In this document: in pieces, positions 54,434 through 62,935 of the stretch
How the letters are laid out: each line of letters opens with the position of its first letter
Numbering within the stretch: position 1 is the first letter of the stretch
Program-made: the position numbers and the translations under genes
Notes under the pieces: generated by a model
The model's input: the letters and a program-made list of their open reading frames with translations, nothing else
Told to the model about the DNA's origin: nothing
Database searches by the model: none
IMG/VR virus record: IMGVR_UViG_3300025113_000003
Span: 28,869-92,868 of that record
Direction: 5' to 3' (one strand)
Source: a virus
DNA length: 64,000 bases

Positions 54434-55362
54434 ACGCGGTTCCAGGAGAAGCGCATCGTGATGCTGAACGTCTTGGTGTTGTCCTTCGGTAGCACTGGAC
54501 TAAGGCTCATCTGGAACGGCATGACGCTGTAGGACTGCGGCCACACGAAGCGCAGGGCTCCTATCCCACCAGTGGCATTGCCTTGCCCAACGCCAAAGCT
54601 GAAGGTTGTATCGCGGTAGTAGGTACCTAGCGTATAGGCGGCCGTGGTAGAGGGGCCACCGCTACCCGACTGCAGAGTAGGAGTTCCGTTAATCGAGCCC
54701 AGCACAGACCCCGCTCCATACGAAGCGAAGCCTGAGGTGGTGTTGTCTGATTTTGAGAAGTTATCTGCGCTGTTGAACAGAAACTGAACAGTAGCGAAGT
54801 TGCTGGCGTTAGAGACGCGAACAACGTAGCTGTAGTCAGTTCCGCTGATGTTGAGAATTCCAGTGGCGTCCCCAAGTGGAGGAAATACCCGGAGGCGGTA
54901 GTAGACCGTCAGCTGATCGATGGCGACCAGCGTGATAGTTGTTGGTGAACCAACCCCATCAAGAATCAAGGCGCGGCTAAAGAGCGTCGCTCCTGTTGCG
55001 CCCCAGCCCACACCGATCTCCGTGATGTTGCCAATCACCGAACCTTGTGTGAAGGTGTATCTCCAGGTGTGCAGCGCCGCATAGGTAGGAGCCCCTTCGT
55101 TGATGCAGGTCTCGGCGTAGTTGGTTGGGTTGGAATTGGCACCTGCAACATAGGATTCCAGAGAGGTCTGCGTTGCTATCGGAGTTCCAGTTCCAGCTCC
55201 CACTTGAGCATACTGGATGAGGATGCTTCCTGCAATTCCTAACCGGTCCAGCCCCTGATTGAGAATGAGATTTGGAAACCAGCCAGTATCCTGTTCGGTA
55301 CCGTCAGGGTGAGTAACTACCAGGCGAAATTCGCCCTGAAGACCGGTGTTGAGCTGCATCAT
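54430..55362 (-). CDS. Putative tail/virion structural protein
   Basis: DTGWFPNLILNQGLD, GNITEIG and LFSRALI motifs; beta-rich. Confidence 0.65.
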   Translation of the reverse strand: MMQLNTGLQGEFRLVVTHPDGTEQDTGWFPNLILNQGLDRLGIAGSILIQYAQVGAGTGTPIATQTSLESYVAGANSNPTNYAETCINEGAPTYAALHTWRYTFTQGSVIGNITEIGVGWGATGATLFSRALILDGVGSPTTITLVAIDQLTVYYRLRVFPPLGDATGILNISGTDYSYVVRVSNASNFATVQFLFNSADNFSKSDNTTSGFASYGAGSVLGSINGTPTLQSGSGGPSTTAAYTLGTYYRDTTFSFGVGQGNATGGIGALRFVWPQSYSVMPFQMSLSPVLPKDNTKTFSITMRFSWNRV

Positions 55363-55826
55363 GATAGAGTTCCTGAGATTACCTGAGGGAGCGCAACTGA
55401 AAGTCCATCGGCAGCGCTGGGGTTGTTGTACGAGATGTATGAAATGGTGACCTGAAGCGAACCCGCCAGTGGTTGCGGCACCTGAACACCCACTGCATCA
55501 ACGTGAAGTGGGTTGTTGTAGTCCACGTAGGCAATGGTGGTTACAAGCGCTGCCGCCTGTGGGACAGGCGGCACCACCATAAGGCCATCGTTCCACAGCG
55601 GGTTGTTGTAGTTCTGATAGACGATTGTGGCTACAAGAGACGCAGCCAAAGGAGCCACACCGAGAGAGATTCCCTCATCAGCCAGGCCCCACAGATCACC
55701 ACGATTCGGCTCTACTTCTGCGACAGCTAGCTCATCGCTGACCGCAAGCGGGAACAGAGAACTTGTGAAGTACTCGTAGATTATTCTGTCGCGTGACGCG
55801 ACGATTCCAACGACAGCGGTGTACAT
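55359..55826 (-). CDS. Putative virion protein with ~30 aa repeats
   Basis: Three LVxTIxYxxYNNP repeats; late promoter at 55844. Confidence 0.6.
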   Translation of the reverse strand: MYTAVVGIVASRDRIIYEYFTSSLFPLAVSDELAVAEVEPNRGDLWGLADEGISLGVAPLAASLVATIVYQNYNNPLWNDGLMVVPPVPQAAALVTTIAYVDYNNPLHVDAVGVQVPQPLAGSLQVTISYISYNNPSAADGLSVALPQVISGTLS

Positions 55827-55870
55827 AGGTGCTCCAAGTCACCTATTTATGACCTAGCTGACGCTAGAGA

Positions 55871-56314
55871 TCAGTCGCGGTCTCTGCGATGAGGCTTCTT
55901 GTCGTGCCCGTTGCCGTGGCGACCATCACTCCCAATATGATCGTGCCCGCGGTGCCCGCGGTTTCGACTTTTTGGGTTGTTCCAGTGGTGCCAGTCGCGG
56001 TCTCGCTCACGGACCCAGTCCTCATGGACGAAGAAGACGGGTCGATTGCACGCCTCGTAGCGCCAGCAGTTGTCCGCCCAGCGCTGACGGTGGACGGGGT
56101 GCACGTAGAGGTAGAGCGGCTGGATGACAACCGCGGTTGGTTGTGGGACAACGACGATGGGCTGCGGGTGATAGAAGCGCGGCTGGGGTAGAGCCTCACC
56201 GATAACCACGCTGCCGTAGATCCCTGGAGCGACCCGTCCTTGGATGGTCACCACTACCTCGCCGGCAAAGGCCGACCCTGCGATCCCCAGCAGGAGGGCC
56301 ACTAGAAGCTTCAT
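55871..56314 (-). CDS. Host-like exported protein
   Basis: Signal peptide; PLYLYVHPVHRQRW..CWRYEACNRPVFFV; His/Arg/Asp tail; late promoter at 56350. Confidence 0.65.
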   Translation of the reverse strand: MKLLVALLLGIAGSAFAGEVVVTIQGRVAPGIYGSVVIGEALPQPRFYHPQPIVVVPQPTAVVIQPLYLYVHPVHRQRWADNCWRYEACNRPVFFVHEDWVRERDRDWHHWNNPKSRNRGHRGHDHIGSDGRHGNGHDKKPHRRDRD

Positions 56315-56424
56315 TGCGCTGTCCTCTCAGGTGCAGAAGGCACCTGAGGTATTTAGGACGCTGTAAGCCTAAAGCCGACCCACCACAGGTCGATGCGAGC
56401 AAACCACCTACCGTTGTTGCGCCC

Positions 56425-56455
56425 AAAACCCAGCCGAACCATGCGGTTCGGCTGG
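56425..56455 (-). terminator. Intrinsic terminator after the TROVE gene
   Basis: CCAGCCGAACC-N4-GGTTCGGCTGG 11-bp stem followed by TTTT on the minus strand. Confidence 0.75.
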
Positions 56456-56474
56456 TCCATGACCACCTTGGTGA

Positions 56475-58085
56475 TCACAGGTTGGCGATGATCTGCGGCG
56501 CTGCGCTGTCGAAGCCAGCGATGTCAAGCATGCCGCCGTCCTTCGGGTCAGCGATCGTGAACTCCGACGTCGAGGTGCCGATCACGATGCACTTCGCACC
56601 ACCGTTGAACTGTGCGCGGTAGTCCCGCAGCGCCTGCACCGGCTGGATGCGGCCAGCCCACGTCTCGTTGTCCGTGATGGTCACGAACTTGTCGACGTTC
56701 ATCTTGTGCTGCTTCGCGTGCACCATCGGCAGGGCGCAGTCGGTGCCGCCCCAGCTGAAGCGCTGAATCACCGCCAGGACCTTGTCGAGGCGCATGTTCG
56801 GGCTGATCTTCAGCTCGCCCATGGTCGTGTTGAAGCCGCCGATCCAGTAGTTCGGCTGGTTCTTCACGACCGCCAGCGCCATGACGCCCGCGACCTCAGC
56901 TGCGGTCAGGTTCGGCGAGCCGTTGACCCGCGCGCTGAACATCGAGCCCGAGCAGTCGACGCCCATCAGGTACGAGTCCTGCGTCTTCTCAGCCGTCTCG
57001 AACGCCGCGTAGAACGCGTCGTCCAGTACGTCCACGACGCGCTGCTCCGGCTTCCAGGTCGCCGAGCCCTTCTCGCCGTGGCCGACCGAGTACTGCTTCA
57101 TCGCCTGCAGGATCGTGATCGGGTGAACGCGCTGCTTGCGCAGCGCCTCGCCGTCGCTGATCTTCGCGACCACCAGCTTCGTGCCCTCAGAGAGAGGCGC
57201 GATGATGCCGTGCTGCGTCAGGACGCCCAGCTTGCGGATGACCGCAGTCAGGCCCATGTGCTGCAGGAGGGCCATCATGATGTCCTTGTCCTTCAGCCAC
57301 TGGGTCGGCACCATTTCCCACGTCAGCGCCGCGTTGCCCTCGATGAGGTGCAGCACAGTCAGCTTGTTGTCAGTCCTCTTCAGGTGCTCGAAGTCGACGA
57401 GCAGCTGCGGCACGGCCGCACCGAGCGTCAGCTCCTTGCCCACCGCGTAGCGGAACATGTTCGACTGCACGTCGCTCGACGGCTTCACGTGAGCCAGCCG
57501 CAGCACGTCACGGTGCGCCCAGCCGTTGCGCGACTGGTACTTCAGGAGCTGGAAGGCCAGCTTGTCCATGTCCTTCGACGTGTACCACTTGGCCACACCG
57601 CGCTTCGCCGCCGCGTTCCACTTGCCGAGCGAGTCGAGGATGGAAACGAACAGGAAGAGCCACGTGCCGGTACGGGCGATGCGCGGCAGGGCCTCGAAGG
57701 CGGCGACCTTAGTCGCCTCGTCGCCAAACACCGCCGCGAGGGCGATGGTCACGACCGCCGGGTCGTTCTTCGGCGCGCGGCCGGCCAGCGAGTACTCGAG
57801 AGCCCGAGCCACGACGCGGGCGCCGTCTGCCTTCAGGCAGGACTTGACGGTGTCGAAGGACTGCTTGGTGATGTCGCGCTCACCGACGTAGTAGTTGCCC
57901 CCTTCGGAGCCGATCATCAGGAAGCGGTCGAGCACGCCCCACTGGTCGAGCGTGAAGGTCACGCCGCCGGCGTTGTTGCGCTTCATGTCAGCCTCACGGC
58001 CCGGGATTGCCTGGGACTGCGGGGTCACAGCCTTGGACGGCTTGGCGGTGGTTGCACCGGCGAAATCAGCGTATACGTTCGACAT
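56475..58085 (-). CDS. rsr: Ro60/TROVE-domain RNA-binding protein (Rsr-like)
   Basis: NNAGG, LDRFLMIGSEGG.YY, KYQSRNGWAHRDVLRLAH, HPITIL; vWA DCSGSM, GGTDCALPM, TDNETW and GFDS. Confidence 0.95.
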   Translation of the reverse strand: MSNVYADFAGATTAKPSKAVTPQSQAIPGREADMKRNNAGGVTFTLDQWGVLDRFLMIGSEGGNYYVGERDITKQSFDTVKSCLKADGARVVARALEYSLAGRAPKNDPAVVTIALAAVFGDEATKVAAFEALPRIARTGTWLFLFVSILDSLGKWNAAAKRGVAKWYTSKDMDKLAFQLLKYQSRNGWAHRDVLRLAHVKPSSDVQSNMFRYAVGKELTLGAAVPQLLVDFEHLKRTDNKLTVLHLIEGNAALTWEMVPTQWLKDKDIMMALLQHMGLTAVIRKLGVLTQHGIIAPLSEGTKLVVAKISDGEALRKQRVHPITILQAMKQYSVGHGEKGSATWKPEQRVVDVLDDAFYAAFETAEKTQDSYLMGVDCSGSMFSARVNGSPNLTAAEVAGVMALAVVKNQPNYWIGGFNTTMGELKISPNMRLDKVLAVIQRFSWGGTDCALPMVHAKQHKMNVDKFVTITDNETWAGRIQPVQALRDYRAQFNGGAKCIVIGTSTSEFTIADPKDGGMLDIAGFDSAAPQIIANL

Positions 58086-58135
58086 GTCTGGTTCTCCTTA
58101 TGAGCGGCTGTCATTGACAGCAAGTTGTCCGTCGG

Positions 58136-58434
58136 CCTCAACGAGCGGCCAAAAAGGCGGGGTCGGGAATTTTCAGCACTACCCGATGGACGTGTTTCCA
58201 CGCTTGACCCACAAGACAGCACCTACACCAGTTGATTCAGCCATACTGGTACCCTATGAGCTATTCGACGCTCCAACGTCCATCATTTTCGGCGATGACG
58301 AGCTTATCCAGATCTTGAGGTTATCTGGCACCCTCCTAACTGGCCCGGCTTGTCTTTCAACTTGCGTAGGTAGTCAGGGTCCTTACGGTCACTTTGAAGT
58401 AGATAACCAACTCCAAGCGGGCCGTTCGTTGAGG
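58136..58434 (-). ncRNA. Large (~300 nt) Y-RNA-like ncRNA
   Basis: Ends pair (CCUCAACGA-A-CGGCC / GGCCG-C-UCGUUGAGG); UGGUUAUC motif; multiple internal hairpins; lies directly upstream of Ro60. Confidence 0.65.
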
Positions 58435-58446
58435 TTACGGAATTTT

Positions 58447-58574
58447 GACTGGGTTGAGAGGGGGAACAAAGAGTGCCACGGAAATGGAAGGCATCGCGAG
58501 ACCTTGCCAGCTGGTTACACCCACGAGGGGTGGCAGTGCTTAGGATAACCATGAGCGATCGGTTCCAACCAATC
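58447..58574 (-). ncRNA. Y RNA (Ro60-binding), ~128 nt
   Basis: GGAAC-C(bulge)-GA pairs with UUGUUCC, the Y-RNA bulged-C helix; UGGUUAUC; outer GAUUGGUUG/CAACCCAGUC. Confidence 0.75.
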
Positions 58575-58602
58575 GTTGCATCGATTACTCGATGCATGTG
58601 CT

Positions 58603-58632
58603 ATTTTATAGCAGGGGGCGAAAACTGTACAA
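58603..58632 (-). promoter_or_regulatory. Sigma70-like promoter for the Y RNA-Ro60 operon
   Basis: Minus strand TTGTAC...TATAAAAT followed by a leader hairpin TGCATCGA-N4-TCGATGCA. Confidence 0.6.
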
Positions 58633-58639
58633 CAAATTA

Positions 58640-59197
58640 TCAGGTTGAAGCTCGGCTGTAGATCGCCCCGCTGAGAAGCGCGCAGATCTTTCCTTCGTTG
58701 CTCGGCATCTCCCAGTCGCCGTCGGCGTCCTTGGTAGCGATTGATTCAAAGACGAAGCGCTCCACCTTCTTGGAGTGGGGGTCCCACATCTCAATCCATT
58801 CGTGCAGGTCAGTTCCATCGTAGGTGCCAACCTTCTCCTCTGAGACGCGTCGAACCACAGAGACCCCAAGTCCTGAGTTGGTGATCAGGTGATCCAGCTC
58901 CTCGTCGCTGGGCATCAGCCCCTCTTCTTCGATGTTACGCTGCAGCTTCGAGAGAGCGTCGACCTTCATCAGCGTCTCAAGCACGCCGGTAGAGAGAACG
59001 TCGGTTAGGTGGCTAGCGACCATGATAAGCGCCGCCTGGTAGCTGAGCACGCAGTAGACAGGAATAAGCAGCAGCCACCAACCTGTCAGTACCACCCAAA
59101 GCGGCAGTGACACAAGAACGGCTTGAACTGCCCAGGCAGCTCGCGCCAAAGAAACAGCTCTGTCAATCCTTTGGCTGAGATCAACAGAGATCTTCAC
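58640..59197 (-). CDS. Membrane-anchored hypothetical protein
   Basis: N-terminal TM segments; coupled ORF. Confidence 0.55.
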   Translation of the reverse strand: MKISVDLSQRIDRAVSLARAAWAVQAVLVSLPLWVVLTGWWLLLIPVYCVLSYQAALIMVASHLTDVLSTGVLETLMKVDALSKLQRNIEEEGLMPSDEELDHLITNSGLGVSVVRRVSEEKVGTYDGTDLHEWIEMWDPHSKKVERFVFESIATKDADGDWEMPSNEGKICALLSGAIYSRAST

Positions 59198-59213
59198 TTT
59201 AGCTCGAGCCTGT

Positions 59214-59801
59214 TCACTGCGCCGTCTGAAGGTGCTTCCAGACCCGGCTGTGCTCTGGGATGAACGACTTGAGGTAGTCCATCTGGCAGCCGAGGATCAC
59301 GCGGTTCTCCAGGACCAGCGCCTCCGCCCGGTTGGGGGCGTACGGCACGTACAGGAGCTGCATGCCCACCTCGTCGAGCATGTGGTCGTCTTTCTTGTGG
59401 TTGCACCGCTCGCATGCCGTGACGCAGTTCGCCCACTTGTCGATGCCACCCTTCGACCGAGGGGTGACGTGGTCGCGCGTGAGGTGCAGCTCCTTGAAGA
59501 TGCCACCGCAGTACGCGCACATGTAGTGGTCACGCCGGAACAGCTCACGGTTGGTCAGGGCCGGCGGCTTGTGCATCCGCTTGGCCGCCGCCGATTCGCC
59601 CTTGACAGCGATGATCGGAGCCGTGATGATGCGCGACTGGGTACCCGTGATGCGGTTCTCACCGCCGCGGAACAGCACGTCACCATCGCCTTCACCCAGC
59701 TGCCAGGCGACGAGGCCCTTGGCGTGGTAGACGATTGCGGTCTCGTGCGACACCCACCGGTGGGGCGTGCCGCCGGCGTCAAGTGTGAGAATTCTGCTCA
59801 T
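59214..59801 (-). CDS. HNH endonuclease (McrA-like)
   Basis: LFRRDHYMCAYCG, TRDHVTPRSKGG and NCVTACERCNHKK motifs. Confidence 0.9.
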   Translation of the reverse strand: MSRILTLDAGGTPHRWVSHETAIVYHAKGLVAWQLGEGDGDVLFRGGENRITGTQSRIITAPIIAVKGESAAAKRMHKPPALTNRELFRRDHYMCAYCGGIFKELHLTRDHVTPRSKGGIDKWANCVTACERCNHKKDDHMLDEVGMQLLYVPYAPNRAEALVLENRVILGCQMDYLKSFIPEHSRVWKHLQTAQ

Positions 59802-60244
59802 GATACCTTCCTTTCTAGTTCTTCTACGAACCGAACGTGGTCCTTTCTACCCTTTGTTCTGAAGCTTTCCAGCGTCATCCAGGTGGTGAACTCAGTTTCG
59901 TCACACCACTTGTCAAAGTCATATCGATCTTGGATCTCTACCCCGAAGACGTACAGCACGTACGCACAGGAGTAGAGCTCGATTCTACCGTCAAACACCT
60001 CTAGGATGTTCCCTCGCAGGTTGCGCTGCTTGAGCCCGAGTTCCTCCTCGGCTTCACGCAGGGCACAGCTCAGCGGGGTCTCACCTTCTTCAATCTTTCC
60101 CTTCGAAATCATCGGACGCGGGCCGCCAAACTTCGGGTCGGACGCCACCATCATCAGGTAGCGCAGCTGCCCATCCTCCCCACGGAGGAAGGGGATCAAC
60201 CCGGCGCGCGGGTCCTTCTCGTAGTTGTCTTCTTCGCGTTGCAT
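59798..60244 (-). CDS. Nudix hydrolase
   Basis: KGKIEEGETPLSCALREAEEELG Nudix box; likely start MQREED. Confidence 0.9.
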   Translation of the reverse strand: MQREEDNYEKDPRAGLIPFLRGEDGQLRYLMMVASDPKFGGPRPMISKGKIEEGETPLSCALREAEEELGLKQRNLRGNILEVFDGRIELYSCAYVLYVFGVEIQDRYDFDKWCDETEFTTWMTLESFRTKGRKDHVRFVEELERKVS

Positions 60245-60298
60245 GGTGTATTGTATCACAGTCCTTAGGTTGAATACACTGCCAACCTGTAACAGCAA

Positions 60299-60328
60299 CG
60301 GGGATCTGTTACAGCGAACAGATCCCCG
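60299..60328. terminator. GC-rich hairpin (terminator-like) overlapping a GTTACA motif
   Basis: CGGGGATCTGTT-N6-AACAGATCCCCG 12-bp stem. Confidence 0.55.
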
Positions 60329-60512
60329 TGTTGTCTGTTCTCGTTCTTGAAGGTTATTCCCCTGTTAGCTCCACGACGATGCGAACAACCAACAGGTCGA
60401 TGATGAAGCATGAATGATCGATTCCGGCGTCCTCATCAGCGGGGATGAACTCAACTCCGAGAGCGAGCCCCAGGATGAAGTCGGTTTCGATGTTCATGGA
60501 TGGTTCTGGCTA

Positions 60513-60626
60513 TTAGGACCCTGGCATCGCGCCGCGGGCCTTGGCCCAAAGCGGCTTGACGAAGAATCCGACCACAAGCCCGATTACCAGGCTGATCAGG
60601 TCGAAGTTAAAGCTAAAGTGCTCCAT
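60513..60626 (-). CDS. Small single-TM late protein
   Basis: My translation MEHFSFNFDLISLVIGLVVGFFVKPLWAKARGAMPGS; AGGAGG RBS; TAAATA at 60666. Confidence 0.55.
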   Translation of the reverse strand: MEHFSFNFDLISLVIGLVVGFFVKPLWAKARGAMPGS

Positions 60627-60668
60627 GAGCTCCTCCTATACCGGCAAACCATTACCGGCTAGGTCTAT

Positions 60669-61787
60669 TTATGAAGCCCCAAGGATAGCGTCGGCTTGCC
60701 TAGGGAACTCACAGCGCGCCATCACCAGCGCATGGGCAGCGGTGCCTGCTAGATCAGCAAGCTTGATGGCAGACGGAAGCACGACGCCGCTGGGGAGGCT
60801 ACCCTTAAGGATCAGCTCAACGACCGCGACGCCGGTGCCGGCGGTGGTCAGCTCCAGGGCGGTGAGGTTGAGCGTAGGATCAGGGTAGAAGTGCGCCCCA
60901 AAGGTGGCGATCTCGCCTTCCTCATCACTTGCCGCCGCCAGCAGCACGATGACATCTTCACGGGTAACTGGGAAGAGCTCGCGAATGGTCTTGACCCCAG
61001 CCTGAAAGTCAAAGTCAAGCTGGAGCAGCAGGTTGCGCATGAAGCTGAGGTGCCCTGGGTAGCGCAGCGTCTTGTAGTTGACGCTTGGAATGCCCTCATA
61101 GGCAGCTAGGTTGCCTACCCCACCGGCGGTAGTGAACGCCTCGTAGCGGGTAGCACCGATGACCAGGTCCTCTACGCTGTTGAGAGAGCCAGTAGATTCC
61201 ACCCTGTGGTTGAGCTTTCTACGGGCTGGTTTCAGGTACTCGTTGATGAGCCCTTCAGGGGACCACGTGATGGCGTAGTGACCAGGACCGATGTTCGACT
61301 GCGGCAGCGCTCCCACTCGGAGCTTCAGCTCCTTAGGTTTTCCAAGTCCTGTAAAGAGGTCCAGTCCCAGGTACGTAACGAGACCAGGGGCCAGTCCAGT
61401 CTGCGGCACAAACGTGGCCGACCCGACATCCAGCTGGCTGATGACGTCGGTTACCACGTCATCCTCGGTGAAGTCGATGTAGTGGCAGCGGTGCTGGGCA
61501 GCTAGACGCGCCACCTGGATGTTGACGCTGAAGGGCGTCGAGCAGATGACCAGGTCTGGTCGCTCCTGCTCGAAGATCCTCTCAAGCACAGTTTCATCGG
61601 AGGCGGAGCGAATCACCAAAGATCCCGGCATAAGAGCGGTTGGAGTCGCCTCAAGTTCCACCAGCGCGCTGGTAAGAGAGACAACTGAGGCGTCCACCAG
61701 CACCACCGTGTGCCCAGTGGTGAAGCGCAGCAGCTTAGCAGCAGCCTGACCGACTCTACCAACTCCGATGATCATGATCTTTGACAC
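60669..61787 (-). CDS. Saccharopine dehydrogenase-like oxidoreductase
   Basis: GVGRVG Rossmann motif, TGLAPG, VGALPQ, TWSPEGLINEY and YKTLRYPGH. Confidence 0.85.
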   Translation of the reverse strand: MSKIMIIGVGRVGQAAAKLLRFTTGHTVVLVDASVVSLTSALVELEATPTALMPGSLVIRSASDETVLERIFEQERPDLVICSTPFSVNIQVARLAAQHRCHYIDFTEDDVVTDVISQLDVGSATFVPQTGLAPGLVTYLGLDLFTGLGKPKELKLRVGALPQSNIGPGHYAITWSPEGLINEYLKPARRKLNHRVESTGSLNSVEDLVIGATRYEAFTTAGGVGNLAAYEGIPSVNYKTLRYPGHLSFMRNLLLQLDFDFQAGVKTIRELFPVTREDVIVLLAAASDEEGEIATFGAHFYPDPTLNLTALELTTAGTGVAVVELILKGSLPSGVVLPSAIKLADLAGTAAHALVMARCEFPRQADAILGAS

Positions 61788-61807
61788 GCACCCTCCTTCT
61801 GTGGATC

Positions 61808-62128
61808 CTATGAGGCAGCGAACTTCAGCAGGTTGTCGCGCTTGACAGCTGCCTTGTTGACCTCCTCCTGGTACAGCTCCTCGACAGCCGTCTTGGTCAG
61901 GCGGTGTACGTAGCTGGCGTCGCAGACCAGCTCAGGGCCGCTCTTCACCACTGCACCGGCGGCTGAGACCACCCGCGTGTAGTACACCAACGGGGTCTCA
62001 TCGTCACCTCTGAACTTGATGTAGCACAGGACGTGGTAGCCCTTCTCATAGGCGGTGATCAGGTCACCAGGGGTCAAGGTGTCGTCCCAATGCAGGACCA
62101 AGTTACCAGGATAGGTTACAGCCTGCAT
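61808..62128 (-). CDS. Hypothetical protein
   Basis: Coupled ORF. Confidence 0.55.
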   Translation of the reverse strand: MQAVTYPGNLVLHWDDTLTPGDLITAYEKGYHVLCYIKFRGDDETPLVYYTRVVSAAGAVVKSGPELVCDASYVHRLTKTAVEELYQEEVNKAAVKRDNLLKFAAS

Positions 62129-62364
62129 CAGAACCTCCAGGTGGTGCCGTCGAAGCCCGCGTTATCGCTCTTCGCAGCGAACTCCAGCAGGCAGAGCGCC
62201 TGCACCTCCTTGAAGGTAGTAACGCGCTCGTCGAAGGTGGCCTGCGGCAGGTCTACCGCGTGGACGTGGTCTGCTAGGTACTCAAGACGAGAAGGGTTGG
62301 CACCCCGAATGCTGATCTTCTCTACTTCGGTCAAGCGGTAAAAGATGTGCGCAGCCTGTTCCAT
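62128..62364 (-). CDS. Hypothetical early protein
   Basis: GGAG RBS; TATAAT near 62391-62396. Confidence 0.55.
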   Translation of the reverse strand: MEQAAHIFYRLTEVEKISIRGANPSRLEYLADHVHAVDLPQATFDERVTTFKEVQALCLLEFAAKSDNAGFDGTTWRF

Positions 62365-62412
62365 GATGACTCCAGTGATTGGGGTGATTCATTATACACC
62401 GCTGCGTAGCGG

Positions 62413-62865
62413 CTAGCTGGTCTTTCCTGAGGTTGCTCTCTTCGGCACCGGCTTCTTCACAGGCGGCTTCTTCACCTCAGGTGGTCGCTCGATCGTCCAG
62501 ACCTTATCCTCGAGACAGGCAATCCCGCTTCCGTCGAAGGCCCAGCTACTCAGGTTAAGCTTCTGTTGAAAGAGCTTGCAACCAGGTCGAGGCTCTTCCT
62601 TCACAGTGACCGACCCGCTGATTTCATGCTGGGGGCTTTCCCACTCAGCGATGCTACCTGGACCTGTGTTGTTGAGGGAGTAGTCGAGGGCGCGCCAGTA
62701 GGCGTAGAAGCTTTTGTCGGTAAGCGTGGCAATGGCCGCCTTGGAGCTATCTCCGAAGATGATAGGAAGGCTGTCTGGATCTGAGATGGCTACGCGGGAA
62801 GTTGGTTGCGCGGCAGCTGACAGGCCTAGTGCCAGCGCGGCAAGAAAGGTGAACAGGTGCTTCAC
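62413..62865 (-). CDS. Exported protein, RT0821/Lpp0805 surface-antigen-like
   Basis: Signal peptide; AL...G...WESP..SGSV...CKLF..G.AC..W pattern; GTG start with AGGAG. Confidence 0.6.
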   Translation of the reverse strand: MKHLFTFLAALALGLSAAAQPTSRVAISDPDSLPIIFGDSSKAAIATLTDKSFYAYWRALDYSLNNTGPGSIAEWESPQHEISGSVTVKEEPRPGCKLFQQKLNLSSWAFDGSGIACLEDKVWTIERPPEVKKPPVKKPVPKRATSGKTS

Positions 62866-62886
62866 TCTGGGTCTCCTGATGGACAA

Positions 62887-62906
62887 GCGGCGCCCGAAGG
62901 CGCCGC
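62887..62906 (-). terminator. C(UUCG)G-tetraloop hairpin, probable terminator
   Basis: GCGGCGCC-TTCG-GGCGCCGC on the minus strand. Confidence 0.65.
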
Positions 62907-62935
62907 TGAATCTCTAGCTATGCGTTAAGCAGCTC

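Noticed and set aside
58136-58574. tRNA, tmRNA, RNase P or group I intron identity for the ncRNAs
   Set aside because: No T-loop or CCA end, no tag reading frame, no RNase P P4 consensus and no convincing group I P7 elements by eye; an Rfam scan is still needed.
57895-58661. ORFs 57895..58548 (+), 58304..58597 (-) and 58473..58661 (+) across the Ro60 upstream region
   Set aside because: Atypical composition and no RBS; the region is better explained by structured RNAs.
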